64,000 bases of DNA from Octopus sinensis (Eukaryota). Of the stretch, positions 27,531 to 41,170 are shown in pieces (the first letter of the stretch is position 1; the number at the start of each line of letters is the position of its first letter). The position numbers and the translations under genes were made by a program. The stretch spans positions 101,494,001-101,558,000 of the forward strand of contig NC_042997.1 of NCBI RefSeq assembly GCF_006345805.1, given 5' to 3'. The notes below the pieces were generated by a model, which saw only the letters and a program-made list of their open reading frames with translations, made no database searches and was not told where the DNA came from.

Positions 27531-28127
27531 ATATATTATATATAACATTATATTATATATATATGTATAATATATATATATATGTATAATACATATATAT
27601 ATGTATAATACATATATATGTATAATATACATGTATATGTATAATACATGTATATGTATAATACATGTATATGTATAATATACATGTATATGTATAATAC
27701 ATGTATATGTATAATATACATGTATATGTATAATATACATGTATATGTATAATATACATGTATATGTATAATATACATGTATATGTATAATATACATGTA
27801 TATGTATAATATATGTATATGTATAATATACATGTATATGTATAATATACATGTATATGTATAATATACATGTATATGTATAATATATATGTATAATATA
27901 TAATATACATATATATGTATAATATATAATATACATATATATGTATAATATACATATATATGTATAATATACATATATGTATAATATACATATATATATA
28001 TGTATAATATACATATATATAATATATATATATATATGTATAATATACGTATATATGTCTAATATACATATATATATATATGTATAATATACATATATAT
28101 AATATATATATATAATGTATAATATAC

Positions 28128-28161
<34 letters not shown>

Positions 28162-28420
28162 GTATAATATACATATATATAATATATAATATATGTATAA
28201 TATACATATATATAATATATATATATTGTATAATATACATATATATAATATATATATAATATTATATATATATATGTATATATACATATATATAATATAT
28301 ATATATATGTATAATATACATATATATAATATATATATATATATGTATAATATACATATATATATATATATATGTGTATAATATACATATATATATCTAT
28401 AATATATATATATATATATA
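27531..28420. repeat. AT-rich minisatellite with the same core; 19-bp gtatatgtataatatacat units at ~27620-27890
   Basis: Seen directly. It generates the spurious Y/I/H/M-rich ORFs in the track. Confidence 0.9.
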
Positions 28421-31125
28421 GTGTGTCTATGTGTGTTTACGAGTTTTATGTCTTTGGACTGCTGCCATGCTGAGCACTACCTTGAATCGTTCAGTCTAAC
28501 AAATCAACCCCCAGTACTTCTTAATTTTTTTTTTTAAGTCTGGTATTTATTTTATCATCTCTTTGCGAACTTGCGCCATGATTTGAAATCAATGTTTAGT
28601 ACAACTCACGTCTGTCAGTTAATCGGTTACGTGAAAGTGAGTCTTTTCACTTTCAGTTAATCAATAGTTTACTCTATCTTTTGTGTTCGCATGATATCTT
28701 CTGCATTTTGTTTTGCACCTATGTGCTTGCGTGTGTGTATGTGGATGAATGGATAGATAGATAGATGCGTGCACGCACACACTCAGTGTCTCCACTTTGC
28801 TAGGACCATGCTGCCCGCCCTCCTATAGAATTTTAATTATATTAGTTGAAGTGTGACAACTTGGAAGTGTTGCACTCTCTCAAGATTTGCCCCACCACTA
28901 AGAAACTTGCGGGAAATTGTTCAAATATCAAAATATTAAAAGGTAGAAAAAAAGAAAGGTGGCGAATTGGTGAAATCTCTAGAGCGTTTATTTGTTGTAA
29001 CCTTCTTGCATTCTGAGTTCAAATCTCGCCGAGGTTAACTTTGTCTTTCATCCTTTTGGGATTACACTGATGCCAAGCTGTGCCTTTCTCTTATACAGAA
29101 TCGGTCGCAGAAGGGGCACGAACGTGCATAGGCAATTGCCAGTCTCCTGAATATACACACATACATCTTGCGTAGGCCTAAGCCTACATGTGCTGATACA
29201 CGGTCACCCTGACCGATTGAGGCCTTTGGGTAAAGGGAATAAACATAAATGATGCAATTAACATAAATGGAACCTTACAAACAGTTCGGGTAATTTTGTT
29301 AAAATGATGATGGTAAAAATATTTTAAGAAACATTATAATTGCTAACTTTAAAAGTTTTAAATAATTAAGGAAAAAAGCTGGGCCGATATGGTTTTCTTC
29401 ACGAACAAATGTTATAACTGCGACTTCCTTCTATCATGGGAACAAGGTTGAGATGACCCGAGATATTAACAATATAAAAGTCTAACATTTTGTTGATATC
29501 AAAGCTCTTCGTAGATATAGGTTGCATAGTGCTTGCATTATGTGTTTACTACTTAAATACCGTATATTTACTGCAACCCAGCATAACCAGGATATTACAA
29601 TCAGGAGAATTGTAAAGGTAAATTTAAATAAGTAAAGAATTTTATTGTTTAATATAGCTGATATTATTTTTTTAAAAGTTTTAAGCAAGTTTTTAAAGCT
29701 AAAACGTGCTCAGTTAATTTGGTTACTGGGTCAGTTACTGGTTCGTATGTCATAGATTCCACCCACTAGATTCTAATCTTCGTAATAAATACCCAAACCC
29801 AGTGAAGAATTTAACCTGGGTATATAGTATCTTTCAAGCTCTCTTCCTTTCTGTGGATGCTTGTCTTTAATATGTGTATTTTCTGAAATCCCGGGAAATT
29901 CTTAAGTGCGGGTATGCACCTTCCCTCTTATGTGCCCTACACACAAATCATTTAATGATAGTTAGAAATCAGTTCACATTTACAGTTGGATGCTTAGTAA
30001 GGTTTGCTTAATTATTTCTATACAACTGTATTTTGTTAATAAGTCAAACCTAAGTTTCTTTCGGATACGGCTGCTACCATATCTATACATAATACTAACG
30101 TCTTTGTTTGTTCCCATCACAAACCCAAATAACACAGTTGTTTAAACCCTTAATTATTAAAACTAGCAGCAAGTACTGGAAGTTGCCTGAGTTTATAAAT
30201 AACTAAAGCAAATTACACTTGCGATTAAAACATTTTAATAAAGAGTGAAAAGTTTATTCGCCGGGACTGAGGGGTAACGAGCAAAGCCTTACCTCTTGCT
30301 AGAAATAACAGCCAAGTGTGTGTGTATCCCTTAGCTCTTAAAAGAAGGACACATGTTGACCTGAATATACAAAATGTGGTCAAGGCTGAAAAGTCTGTGA
30401 CCTCGATCGTGGACCACTAGTTGCTTTCTTTCTTGAACCCAATTATGGTTATAAGCTGTGTAATGTCTGAAGTACATATTTCTATCGAAACTGCGCTTTA
30501 AAAAACGTAATGCGGTGACGAAATAGAAATAAAGAATTTTTATTTATATTTCACATTCATTTTGGTAGTGAGTCGCTTCAAGGAATGTGTGAAAAGATTT
30601 GTTAAAAGCGATACGATAAATAACTATAGACGATGTATGGAATAGTTTCGCCATGTAATTCAACTGCTGTTTTTCGAAGAGAAGTTATAACTTCAACTTC
30701 TCTTCCAAAACTGGAGCTAGCATAACTTAACATTGTCTACAACTTGCTTAAAGATTAAAATAATAATAATTTATTATTATTTAATATTATTTTATGATAT
30801 CTGGTGTCAAAATGGACTTGAATATGAAGTTTTGAGTGAATTCAATAAATGACGAATGAAAAAGATACACACTCACAAGCATGTGTATCTTAAATGCTTT
30901 GAACTACGCAAAAGAATAATTTCAAATAAATTCCGAATGTTTCTATTCTCTAAATAGAAGGAGCTACTTTCCTGGAAATTACGACCAGCCTTTCTTTAAT
31001 AAGATTATTAACGCATATAGCAGTTAACCAGACCGCATATAATTCAAGTTTGCTGCAATATATATTTAGTAAAAATACATCTGGTTTCTTGTAATTTACA
31101 CATCAATTATTATACTAGGTAATAA

Positions 31126-31195
<70 letters not shown>

Positions 31196-31722
31196 TGCAT
31201 ACTAGATGGTTTATCTCTCCTTGTTTCTACCACCTCTATCTATCTGTCTATTACTCTGTCAATCATACGATATACCTTTGAACTAGAACTTAACAATCAA
31301 CAAGCAGTTGGTGAATTTTTAGTGTTTGTATGCTGAGTTAGAATAAAATCTTGTGAAACACTGTGGGAATGTAAAATTTATCGCAATTCCACATTAATTG
31401 GTTGTTAACAGGGGAAAGAACTCAACTTTGCTAACCAATAACACGGATGTATGTCCTCTTTTGCAGTTTGTTTACACGACACTAAATATTTAGAAATTAA
31501 AAAGTTTGTTATGATTTACATTTATAATTGTGGTTAGTGAGATGAGAGACAAAAGCTTGAAATATTTTAGGACTTAGAATTTTTGTTACAGTCCTATTTT
31601 CAATTTTATTTTCTGATGTTTTCACTTTGTATATATTTATGCATGATCAATTTCTCTCGTGTATCAGTAGAAATGTCTAAATTTCAAGTTAAGAGGATTT
31701 TATATGTATACATTATATATGT

Positions 31723-32012
31723 GGAGGCGCAATGGCCCAGTGGTTAGGGCAGCGGACTCGCGGTCGTAGGATCGCGGTTTCGATTCCCAGACCGGGCGTT
31801 GTGAGTGTTTATTGAGCGAAAACATCTAAAGCTCCACGAGGCTCCGGCAGGGAGTGGTGGCGATCTCTGCTGTACTCTTTCGCCACAACTTTCTCTCACT
31901 CTTTCTTCTGTTGGCCTGCTCGCTTAGCCAGCGGGGTGGCGTCATTTGAAGGCTGAAACAATGCGAAGCGCATTGTGACTAGCGATGTGTAGCAACATCT
32001 GATAGCCTGGTC
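31723..32012 (+). mobile_element. tRNA-derived SINE family C
   Basis: A box tggcccagtggtt and B box gtttcgattcc, followed by a non-tRNA body. A decayed relative with the same 3' end lies at ~60366-60640. Confidence 0.85.
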
Positions 32013-32139
32013 ACACACTGTGTCACTGTGTGTAACATTATATGTGTATGTTTATACGCCGAATTTCTTTCATATGAATTATCAGTAGTGTCGGAATTTC
32101 CAACGAAGCTGCTAATGCATATATTCTTTTACTTTTTCC

Positions 32140-32946
32140 CTTCATTTGTTTCAGTCGTTAGACTGCGGCCATACTGGGGCACCTTAAGAGATTTTTAGTC
32201 GAATGTTTCGATCCCAGTTTTTTTTTTAAGCATGGTACTTATCCTATCCATCTCTTGCTGAACTGTCAAATTACGGGGTCGTAGACGGATTGTCAAGCTG
32301 TGATGGCGGACGAACACACACCGCTGATAAGGATTTGGTCGGTCCGAGGCTATAATAGAAGACACTTGCCCAACGTACCATGCAGTAGGGCTGAACCCGG
32401 AACCATGTGGTTGGGAAGTAAGCTTCTTACCACATAGCCATATGTGTGTGTATGTAATATTTTGGACTAATGGGTATATGTCAATTGATGTGTTGAGTGA
32501 AGTACTGGCATGGTTTGGGCTACCTGGTATCATCCGCAGTTGGGGTATATCCCTTGGATCTACTTCAGGAATCCCGTAGTGTTAGTTGAAGTAATAATGA
32601 ATTAAGGAAATAGAAGATGGATTTGGTATTGAACCCAGACTGCAAAACTGATGCAACACAAAATGAAGCACAACATCCCACAGAATAGGTTGAAACGATC
32701 GTCGTACGGAATAAAAACTATCCATCTTCTGTTTCCCTAATCAATTAGTGTGTGTATATATAGATATAGATATATATGTGTGTGTGTTGGCCATGCTGGA
32801 GCACCGCCTTTAGTCGAGCAAATCGACCCTAGGACTTATTCTTAGTAAGCCTAGTACTTATTCTATCGGTTTGTTTTGCCGAACCGCTAAGTTACGGGGA
32901 CGTAAACACACCAGTATTGGTTGTCAAGCGATGTTGAGGGAAACAA

Positions 32947-33009
<63 letters not shown>

Positions 33010-33080
33010 CATATATACGACGGGCTTCTTTCAGTTTGCGTCTACCAAATCCACTCACAAGGCTTTGGTCAGCCTGAGGT
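32140..33080 (-). mobile_element. Two SINE-A copies (~32140-32440 and ~32787-33080) flanking a PLE remnant
   Basis: Homology to 27111-27529. Confidence 0.85.
32460..32750. mobile_element. PLE pLTR-like remnant with internal inverted repeat and half a hammerhead
   Basis: 32461-32590 matches the reverse complement of ~52600-52750. GAAAC-GATC-GTC at 32692-32703, with no CUGANGA upstream. Confidence 0.6.
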
Positions 33081-33812
33081 TTATGGAGTTCTTGTTTTTA
33101 TAACTACCCAAAACCAGCCAGAAGGATAGACATATTGTTGAGAACAATAGATTTCGTTGGCAGTCTATTATCTCTAGTCTAGCTTTTGTAGGCGTAGAAG
33201 AGGTTAGAAGGGTCAAGTGGTAAAGACTATTCTGCTTAGTGAAGGCATCTGGCACATGTAACTGCTGTCACTCACAGAAAAGCTATTATTTTACTGTGAG
33301 AATAGTACTGTTGTACTGTTAAGTGATATTTGACCATCAAGGATTTTTGCTAAACCGCTAGGTTACAGTGACATAAACATACCTACATCGGTTGTCAAGC
33401 GATAGTGGGGGTACAAACACAGATACACAAATATATACACATATATATATATATATTCGAATTAATCCCTTTTTTAAAAGTCTGGTACTCATTCTATTGA
33501 TCTGTGTGTGTGTTTACATGCATATAAATAGTGTATGCATGCATATGTACATGTATACACACCATCATACAAGCAATGTTGTACGTTTCCAGTCTTAAAT
33601 GAAAAACATCTCTGGCCATAGGGAAATATTATTTTGTTGGAAAACAGATGAGGGTTGGCAACAGGAAGGGCATCCCATTGTAGAAAGCCTGTCCCCAACA
33701 AATTCTATCTCACCCATGCAAGTATGAAAAAGTGGATGTTAAACAATGATGATGATATATACCTCAGCATGGCAACAGCCCTTAAGTTGAAACTAGGAAA
33801 AACAGATAATTA

Positions 33813-34212
33813 TCATCATCATCATCGTTTAGCGTCCGATTTCCATGCTAGCATGGGTTGGACAGTTCAACTGGGGTCTGGGAAGCCTGAAGGCTGCACC
33901 AGGCCCAGTCTGATCTAGCAATGTTTCTACGGCTGGATGCCCTTCCTAACGTCAACCACTCTGTGAGTGTAGTGGGTGCTTTTTACGTGCCACTGGCACA
34001 GGAGCCAGACGAGGCTGGCAAACGGCCAGGATCAGATGGTGCTTTTTACTGCCACTGGCACGGGGTCCAGGCGAGGCTGGTAGCGGCCACGATCGGATGG
34101 TGCTTTTTACATGCCACCGGCACGGAGGCCAGGTGAGGCTGGCAACGGCCACGATCAGATGGTGCTTTTTACGTGCCACCAGCACAGAGGCCAGTCGGGG
34201 CAGCGCTGGCAA
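33813..34212 (-). mobile_element. RTE 3' UTR fragment with four tandem modules
   Basis: (CAT)n tail plus repeated ggtgctttttacgtgccaccggcac-type motif. Confidence 0.9.
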
Positions 34213-34679
34213 TTCAGTGATATTGATATCATCATCATCATCATCATTGTTTAACATCCACCTTCCATACTGGCATGGGTTGGACAGTATATTGTATATA
34301 ATTATATATGTGTGGCTATGGGCACAAATATGGTTGTGTCATAAGAAGTTTGTTTCCCAACCATACCATTCCAAGTTCAGTCCGACTGTGTGGCATCTTG
34401 AGCAAGTGTGTCCTACCCTAGCCCCAAGCAGACTAAGTCCTTTTGAGAAGGTTTCATAGATGGAAACTGAAAGTAGCCATCATGTGTATGTGTGTGTGTG
34501 TTTGTCCTCCACCACTACTTGATTACCAGTGTTCGTTTGTTTATGTTCTCTTGCAGCAGACTGACAGGATAAGTACTGATGCCTACTTATTTGACTAAAA
34601 CCCTATAAGCTGATGTCCCAATATCATCATAGTCCAGTGATTGACATAAAAGATAAAGATATATACAATATACATACCC

Positions 34680-34726
<47 letters not shown>

Positions 34727-34769
34727 CATACATATACATATATATATACACATATATTTATTTGTATTC

Positions 34770-35130
34770 TCTTTCTCTTTTCTCTCTTTTACTCGTTTCA
34801 GTCATTTGACTGCGGCCATGCTGGAGCACCGCCTTTTAGTCGAGCAAATCGACCCCAGGACTTATTCTTTGTAAGCCTAGTACTTATCCTATCGGTCTCT
34901 TTTGCTGAACCGCTAAGTAACGGGAACGTAAACACAGACACACAAACACACATATATATACATATATACAACGAGCTTCTTTCAGTTTCCGTCTACCAAA
35001 TCCACTCACAAGGCTTTGGTCAACCTGAGGCTATAGTAGAAGACACTTGCCCAAGGTACCACGCAGTGGGACTGAACCCGGAACCATGTGGTTGGTAAAC
35101 AAGCTACTTACCACACAGCCACTCCTACGC
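34770..35130 (-). mobile_element. SINE family A
   Basis: Homology to 27111-27529. Confidence 0.9.
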
Positions 35131-35207
35131 CTTATTAATAATGAGAAATATATATATACACATATATTTATTTGTATATAAATATTATATATAAATATAT
35201 ATATATA

Positions 35208-35338
35208 TATATTATATTAAATTAGAGATAAAACCACTATTAGGCAAATCAAACTTAAATTAATTTTAAGTATTGGCTTATGTTTTTCACTGTTTGATTT
35301 GCCTAATAGTGGTTTTATCTCTAAATTAATATAATATA
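35208..35338. repeat. Inverted repeat with 47-bp arms (one mismatch) and 37-nt spacer
   Basis: tatattatattaaattagagataaaaccactattaggcaaatcaaac and its reverse complement at 35292-35338. Confidence 0.9.
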
Positions 35339-35929
35339 ATATAATATATTTATACTGTAAAATTGGATTTAATCCTAAATCTAATTTTTCCCTGTAAGTT
35401 TGGATTTATTCCCTATTATTATTATTATATATATATATATAGATAGATAGATAATTATATGAATGCTTAGTCCACATGTATTTGTATTTAGAATATGTAT
35501 TTTTGTGTGAGTGCATGTGCACGTGCTCACATGTTTAGGCTTTGCTTTCTATTTTGAGCTCTCAATATCCTGGTTTTCTATGACATGTCACTCCCTCAAT
35601 GTATTAGCATGCAAACTGGCCAAGTATTTCCTTGACGTAATTCTCGTGTAGAATTTAGCCAATTTCACTGGTAAGCTTTTGCTACTCTGAAGCCATGATA
35701 AAGGCACGTACAAAAGATATCAGCCAATGGGATTGGACCTGACACCTATGGAACCATACAACTATGCCGTCATCCACACACCTACACTCATATTAATAAT
35801 GAGAAATATTTCATAGATGGAGATTTTATATTTTTATTAATGCAGTGCTACATATGTTTCGGCATGATATCTGTTTTTATAGGACCACCTCATCATACCC
35901 ATAGGATATTGTTAAATATCATTTATAAT

Positions 35930-36319
35930 AGACGCAGGAGTGGCTGTGTGGTAAGTAGCTTGTTTACCAACCACATGGTTCCGGGTTCAGTCCCACTGCG
36001 TGACACTTTGGCCAAGTGTCTTCTACTATAGCCTTGGGCCAACCAAAGCCTTGTGAGTGGATTTGGTAGATGGAAACTGAAAGAAGCCCGTCGTATATAT
36101 GTATATATATGCGTGTGTCTGTGTTTGTCCCCCTAGCATTGCTTGACAACCAATGCTGGTGTGTTTACGTCCCTGTCACTTAGCGGTTTGGCAAAAGAGA
36201 CCGATAGAATAAGTACTGGGCTTACAAAGAATAAGTCCCTGGGTCGAGTTGCTCGATTAAAGGCGGTGCTCCAGCATGGCCGCAGTCAAATGACTGAAAC
36301 AAGTAAAAGAGTAAAAGAG
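35930..36319 (+). mobile_element. Full-length SINE family A
   Basis: tRNA-like head, internal (TA)/(TG) tract and (gtaaaaga)n tail. Confidence 0.9.
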
Positions 36320-36795
36320 CATTGTTTACTCTGTATTTTTTAATAGTCTTTCAAATAGCTTTCAAAGATTGTGCTGAAGGGGTCTATATAAGATATAGGA
36401 CAACAGAAGAACTTTTCAACCTCAAAAGACTTTGTGCCAAGACAAAAGTTCTTCATTCTCACATCATTGAGTTCTTGTATGCAGATGATTGTGACCAGCT
36501 AGCACATTCCCAAGAAGATATGTAACACATAATGAATGCGATTTCTGTAGCATGTACAGCATTGGGCCTTACAATCAACTTGAAAAAAACTGTTCTAATG
36601 TACCAGTCTGTCCCCTCTAAGCTTTATGTGGAACCTTCTATAACTGTGAATGGTCAAAGGTTGGAAGTTGTAACTAAATTCATTTATTTAAGAAGTACTT
36701 TGAGCACTGCTGGTCTTGGTGAAATTTCACATAGAATCAGCAAAGCTAGTAGTGCCTTTGGTAGAATTGACAGGTGCCTCTGGTCATTATATATT

Positions 36796-37230
36796 ATCAT
36801 CATCATCATCATCATCATCGTTTAACATCCGCTTTCCATGCTAGCATGGGTTGAACGATTTGACTGAGGGCTGGCGAACCAGATGGCTGCGCCAGGTTTC
36901 AATCTTGATCTGGCAGAGTTTCTACAGCTGGATGCTCTTCCTAATGCCAACCACTCCGAGAGTGTAGTGGGTGCTTTTATGTGCCAGTCAGGCGGTACTG
37001 GCAATGACCTCACTCGAATCTTTTACACGTGTCACTGGCACAGGTGCCAGTAAGGCGATGCTGGTAACGATCACGCTCAAATGGTGCCTTTTACGTGCCA
37101 CCGGCATGGAGGCCAGTTAGCCGCTCTGGCAACGATCACGCTCGGATGGTGCTCTTAACACCCTACTAGCACGGGGCTCGAGTGCCAGTAAGGCGACGCT
37201 GGTAATGATCACACTTGAATGGTGCCTTTC
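36796..37230 (-). mobile_element. RTE 3' UTR fragment nested in the BovB-like element
   Basis: (CAT)n tail and about five modules. Confidence 0.9.
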
Positions 37231-39389
37231 CAAATTAAAATTAGGGTTTATAACATGCGTCCTGCCATCTTTGCTATATGGAAGTGAGACCTGGCTTGTT
37301 GAACAATATCATCATTATTTTCTTAGGAAAATTCTTGGGATAAATTGGAAAATGGCATCAGTGATGAAGAGGTACTTGAGAGAAGTGGTAGTAGAAGTGT
37401 AGAATGAATGATTCTGCTAAGGTGTTTGAGGTGGGATGGACATCTGGTAAGAATGAATGATGAAAAACTTCCCAAGCAACTTCTGTATGGTGAGCTGGAA
37501 GATGGTAGGAGACCAGCACATAAATCCAAAATGAGGTTCAAGGACTGCCTCAGAATTGCTCTGACACAGACAAGAATTTCAGTTGTTGATTGGGCGAGAG
37601 AAACACAAGACCAAGATAAATGGAGGAAGAGAGTGCACAGTGGTTGTCTAAGGTTTGAGGGAGAGAGAATGAAGCATGAGAAGATTAGGAGAAGGTTTAG
37701 AAGGAATGAACCTATGGAGAATGAGGGAGTGTTGCTTTTTGTGTGTGTGATCTGGAGGAGGAGGTGCTCAAGTTGTGCAGAAAACTCACAGGAAATGACC
37801 CATGTTAAATTGTGATATGGCTATTGTTCACAACAGAACATATGTAACATGTGGAATGGTGTGCCTCTCAATTGGAGCACTGAAAAGGCCTGTCAAAAAA
37901 GTTCATACTGTGGCACCTGTTCTTTCTGCCAGCAGCACAGTTATGCATTATGTAATAGAATGTGCAAAACTTTCGCCAAACTCAAGAGTCATACAAGGGC
38001 CTCACATTGCATCAACATTGACTCATTTTAATTATTCCTTCAAGCAATGGGTTTGCTCGTATACGAGAAAGCAGCTAAGATATATGTGTGTGTCTGTGTA
38101 AAACAATGTGTGTACACACACACATATATATAATCTTTGATACAGTCGAAATGAAATAGTACTTAATAGTTAATAAATGTCTAATTTTTGCAGAAAGTCC
38201 CTATTTCGAAGGGAGACGATTAGTCAATACAAGTAGTTCAATTATACTTCAATTTATAAAATGCGGAGGATGAAAGGCAAAGTGACTCCGACGGGATTTG
38301 AACCCAGACTGTAAAGAGTCAGATCGACGTTCTAACGATTCTGCTAACTTGCTGCCTTTAAGTATATGCTTTCTAATTTTGATACAAGGCCATCAATTTT
38401 AAGGATTGGGATTTAGTCCATTCTATCGAGCTCAGTACATCCTAGAGAGATGGTGGGCAGTCATAGAGTTGACTTTGGTGGGATTTGAATTCAAAGTACA
38501 TAGTGTAAAAATAACTATGAAAAAACTGCAGTTTGTGTGCACGTATGTTTGTGCTGGGAACTATTTAAATGTTGATCAGTGTGTGTGTGTGCGCGCGCTC
38601 TAAGACAACTACACATGCTTCTATTTCCAAGTTGTCTGAAGTTTACCGCACAAATTTTCAATAAAATGTTCGGTCACATATCACTCGTTGTATAATAAAA
38701 ACGTATTCCCAGTGTATCTATGGGCGTGAGATACAAACAGATATAGGGTGAGTGATGCACTGACTAAAGCAAGGTGCAGTTGAAAAGAATTATTTCTTAT
38801 ATATGTTGTCTAGTTTCCCCGTTTCTATCACATGTTGTTTCTTGTGACGTGGGCGATTATTTCCTTTGACGCAACTACTTAAGCGTACTTTCCGCACTTA
38901 ATGACAAGCCGTTCCTCCAGTAAAATAATATTGATGATTCATCATATTAACTTTTTCTCAGTTTATATATAAGGAAAATTTATGGTTCTGTTTCCGATAT
39001 GTTAGTTCCGAATAGTTCTATAAACAAACAACTTGTCCAATTTATCAACAAGCTTGTTTTGATCCTCCTGAAATAAATATTAAAGATAGTTTCCATTGTT
39101 AGTATAAGTTGGTGAGATGGACAGAAAGTGGGAGCGGACAAATAGGGCAAGTTTGAAAGATGAAGAGAAATTACTAAAGATGGTAGCTTTAAAACTTTAT
39201 TTTATAGAAAAGAATTGTATAGACTTTGTAGGGAATGAGCAAGAGCAGCAGATCGTGGGAATAAAACAATGGTTTGAAATGAAAATCATTCAATAAAGAA
39301 TATTTTCTTTCGACTAGCACTGCTCGTATCGTCTACGAAATATCCCTACCACCATCCTTGAAGTATTATGATGTAAATTAACGATGTCT

Positions 39390-39590
39390 TTCGCCCGTCC
39401 TAGGAGCGAGTCACTATGCGATTGCTCATGCTAGAAACAGCAGCTAACTTCCCTCTCCCCATACCCTACCGTCTTAAAAATGGAAAGGGATATTAAATGA
39501 TGTCTAAGAAGTGATGCGATGGTCACGGCTAGATCACTTTCGATCATAGAAATGTTCGATCAGAGTTGACCTAGTTTCTAAATAACCGAT
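39390..39590 (+). mobile_element. Old SINE remnant (Nin-domain-like)
   Basis: gctagaaacagcagctaacttccctc..accctaccgtctt motif. Related remnants lie at ~30290-30420 and ~46130-46275. Confidence 0.4.
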
Positions 39591-41170
39591 TCCTTCTTCC
39601 CTCATGGCGAAATTATTGTGATTTTTTTTTTACCCATGTGATGTGAAACAAGTTCACTGTATTGTCGTCGTTTTCTGAATCAACGTAGTGTAATTTCTTC
39701 ATAAACTAATATTTTTTATCTTAGCTGCTTTATTATGCAAATAAACGGGTCATGGCTAGACAGTAGCCGATAATTTTGCTGTATCGTTACAGGACGGCGC
39801 TTTGAAAAACTGGCGATAAAAATACCGGTTTCTCTAGAAATAAGAATGTTTTAAAATATCTGATAGTTCTGGATTTGAAAATATTAGATTATTCAGATGA
39901 AATGCCTGATGGATTAAGAAGTATTCCTCCTACCTTGATTAGATATATATATAAATTATGGGCAAGTCGTGTATTCGAGAGATGTGAAGGAAAGAAAACA
40001 CTATTTCTACTGCTATTTGTGAACTAGTCATAACAATCGCTATGCAGAAAGGAGGTTAGTCAGAACTCTGTAGTGGTTAATCGATGTAAACTACGGATGC
40101 ACAAAAGGTGCAGTGTACTTTTAGATGAGTTGAAATAGGAAGACGTTACATGTACGAAAGTAAGCAAGAGATAGTAGTGCAAATCCCCCAGGTGGCTCAT
40201 TAGTAATTAATAGTTTCTGCTACCTAGGTAACCTAATCAGCAGTGGAAATGGTGATTAAAAAGGATAAGGATGTTTTTTTTTTTTTCTAGAGTCGGTTTA
40301 AGCAAATTAGACCCCTCCCCCAGAATCTTGTGACCGATGCCTATGTTCGAATTCATTTCTGTTGTTGATTGTCTTGTAACTTCTTAGCTATTTTGCTAGT
40401 ATGGATGTCATAATTAACAAGCATCCACCTGAGGTTTAGTTTTTTCAAGCTAAACCTTTTAAATAAATTAGTGTCAAACAAATGTTTTTATTTTTTTTTT
40501 GTACAGCTGGGACAGTGTTGAGACTAATCTAATATTTGATTTTTTTTGGGGGGGGGAAGTTCCTATTATAATAATCACAACCATTGATGATATCCCTACA
40601 TATCTCTTTTATTTCCATTTCCAGTGAGTGATTTTTTTTTTTTTTTACATTTTGATTTGAAAAAATTTTTTGCCTGGTTGGCAGCGGTGTTCTAGACAAC
40701 CGTTTGTTGGCATGCTAACTTTCCTCTGTCTTATGACTTCTGTGTAATTACCTTTAATTGTATTCTGTCTATATCGATAGCTCTATCTCAAATGATTGTA
40801 TATCCCCACCAGCACCACCACTCATGTATCACAATGTTAGGAGAATTGCATTACTGTTAGTTTTGTTTCATTCATCTCTTGTAACTTTCCTTGCACGTAA
40901 GAGAACATATCTAGCAACTTTATCATATCCTTATTTATCTAATAATACTTTTGTTAAATAACCCACTAAGCCTGCATTTTGTAATAGTACCTTTACTTTA
41001 TAGTAACTGAGCAGTATGTCAATGGTGCCTAATCAATCTTACACTGCTACAACCAGTGAGGGTTCTCTATTGCCCCTTCAGTCCTGCATTTTTAATCCAT
41101 ATTACTACTTCTGCATTTTTTATTCTTTAGTCATGAAGTTCTGTAAAGTATTAAAAAAAATAATAATTAA

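Larger units (their letters stand above)
35840..38030 (+). mobile_element. Decayed RTE-BovB-like LINE ORF2 (RT plus C-terminal C2H2-like fingers), interrupted by a SINE-A and an RTE tail
   Basis: EGVYIRYRT..LFNLKRL, FLYADD, LGLTINLKKT, CVLPSLLYGSETW, LRWDGHLVRM...LPKQLLYGEL; stops and frameshifts present. The 5' boundary is uncertain. Confidence 0.85.

Noticed and set aside
26534-28388. Long ORFs (up to 244 aa) rich in Y/I/H/M
   Set aside because: They are translations of the AT minisatellites, which lack stop codons in some frames.
31723-31800. tRNA-like sequence with A and B boxes (also at 41340-41419 and 60652-60720)
   Set aside because: No proper acceptor stem or cloverleaf closure, and it continues into a SINE body. 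These are SINE heads, not tRNA genes.
33960-34200. Conserved repeat plus variable spacer array resembling CRISPR
   Set aside because: Eukaryotic context, no cas genes, and the spacers resemble each other. It is the RTE 3' UTR module array.
35132-35810. 19-bp direct repeat tattaataatgagaaatat at 35133 and 35791 as a possible TSD
   Set aside because: The enclosed segment is a mosaic with no single element or tail, so it cannot be assigned to one insertion.
40772-40779. TATCGATA (DRE-like) motif
   Set aside because: A single 8-mer in AT-rich DNA, with no support for this promoter element in molluscs from the sequence alone.
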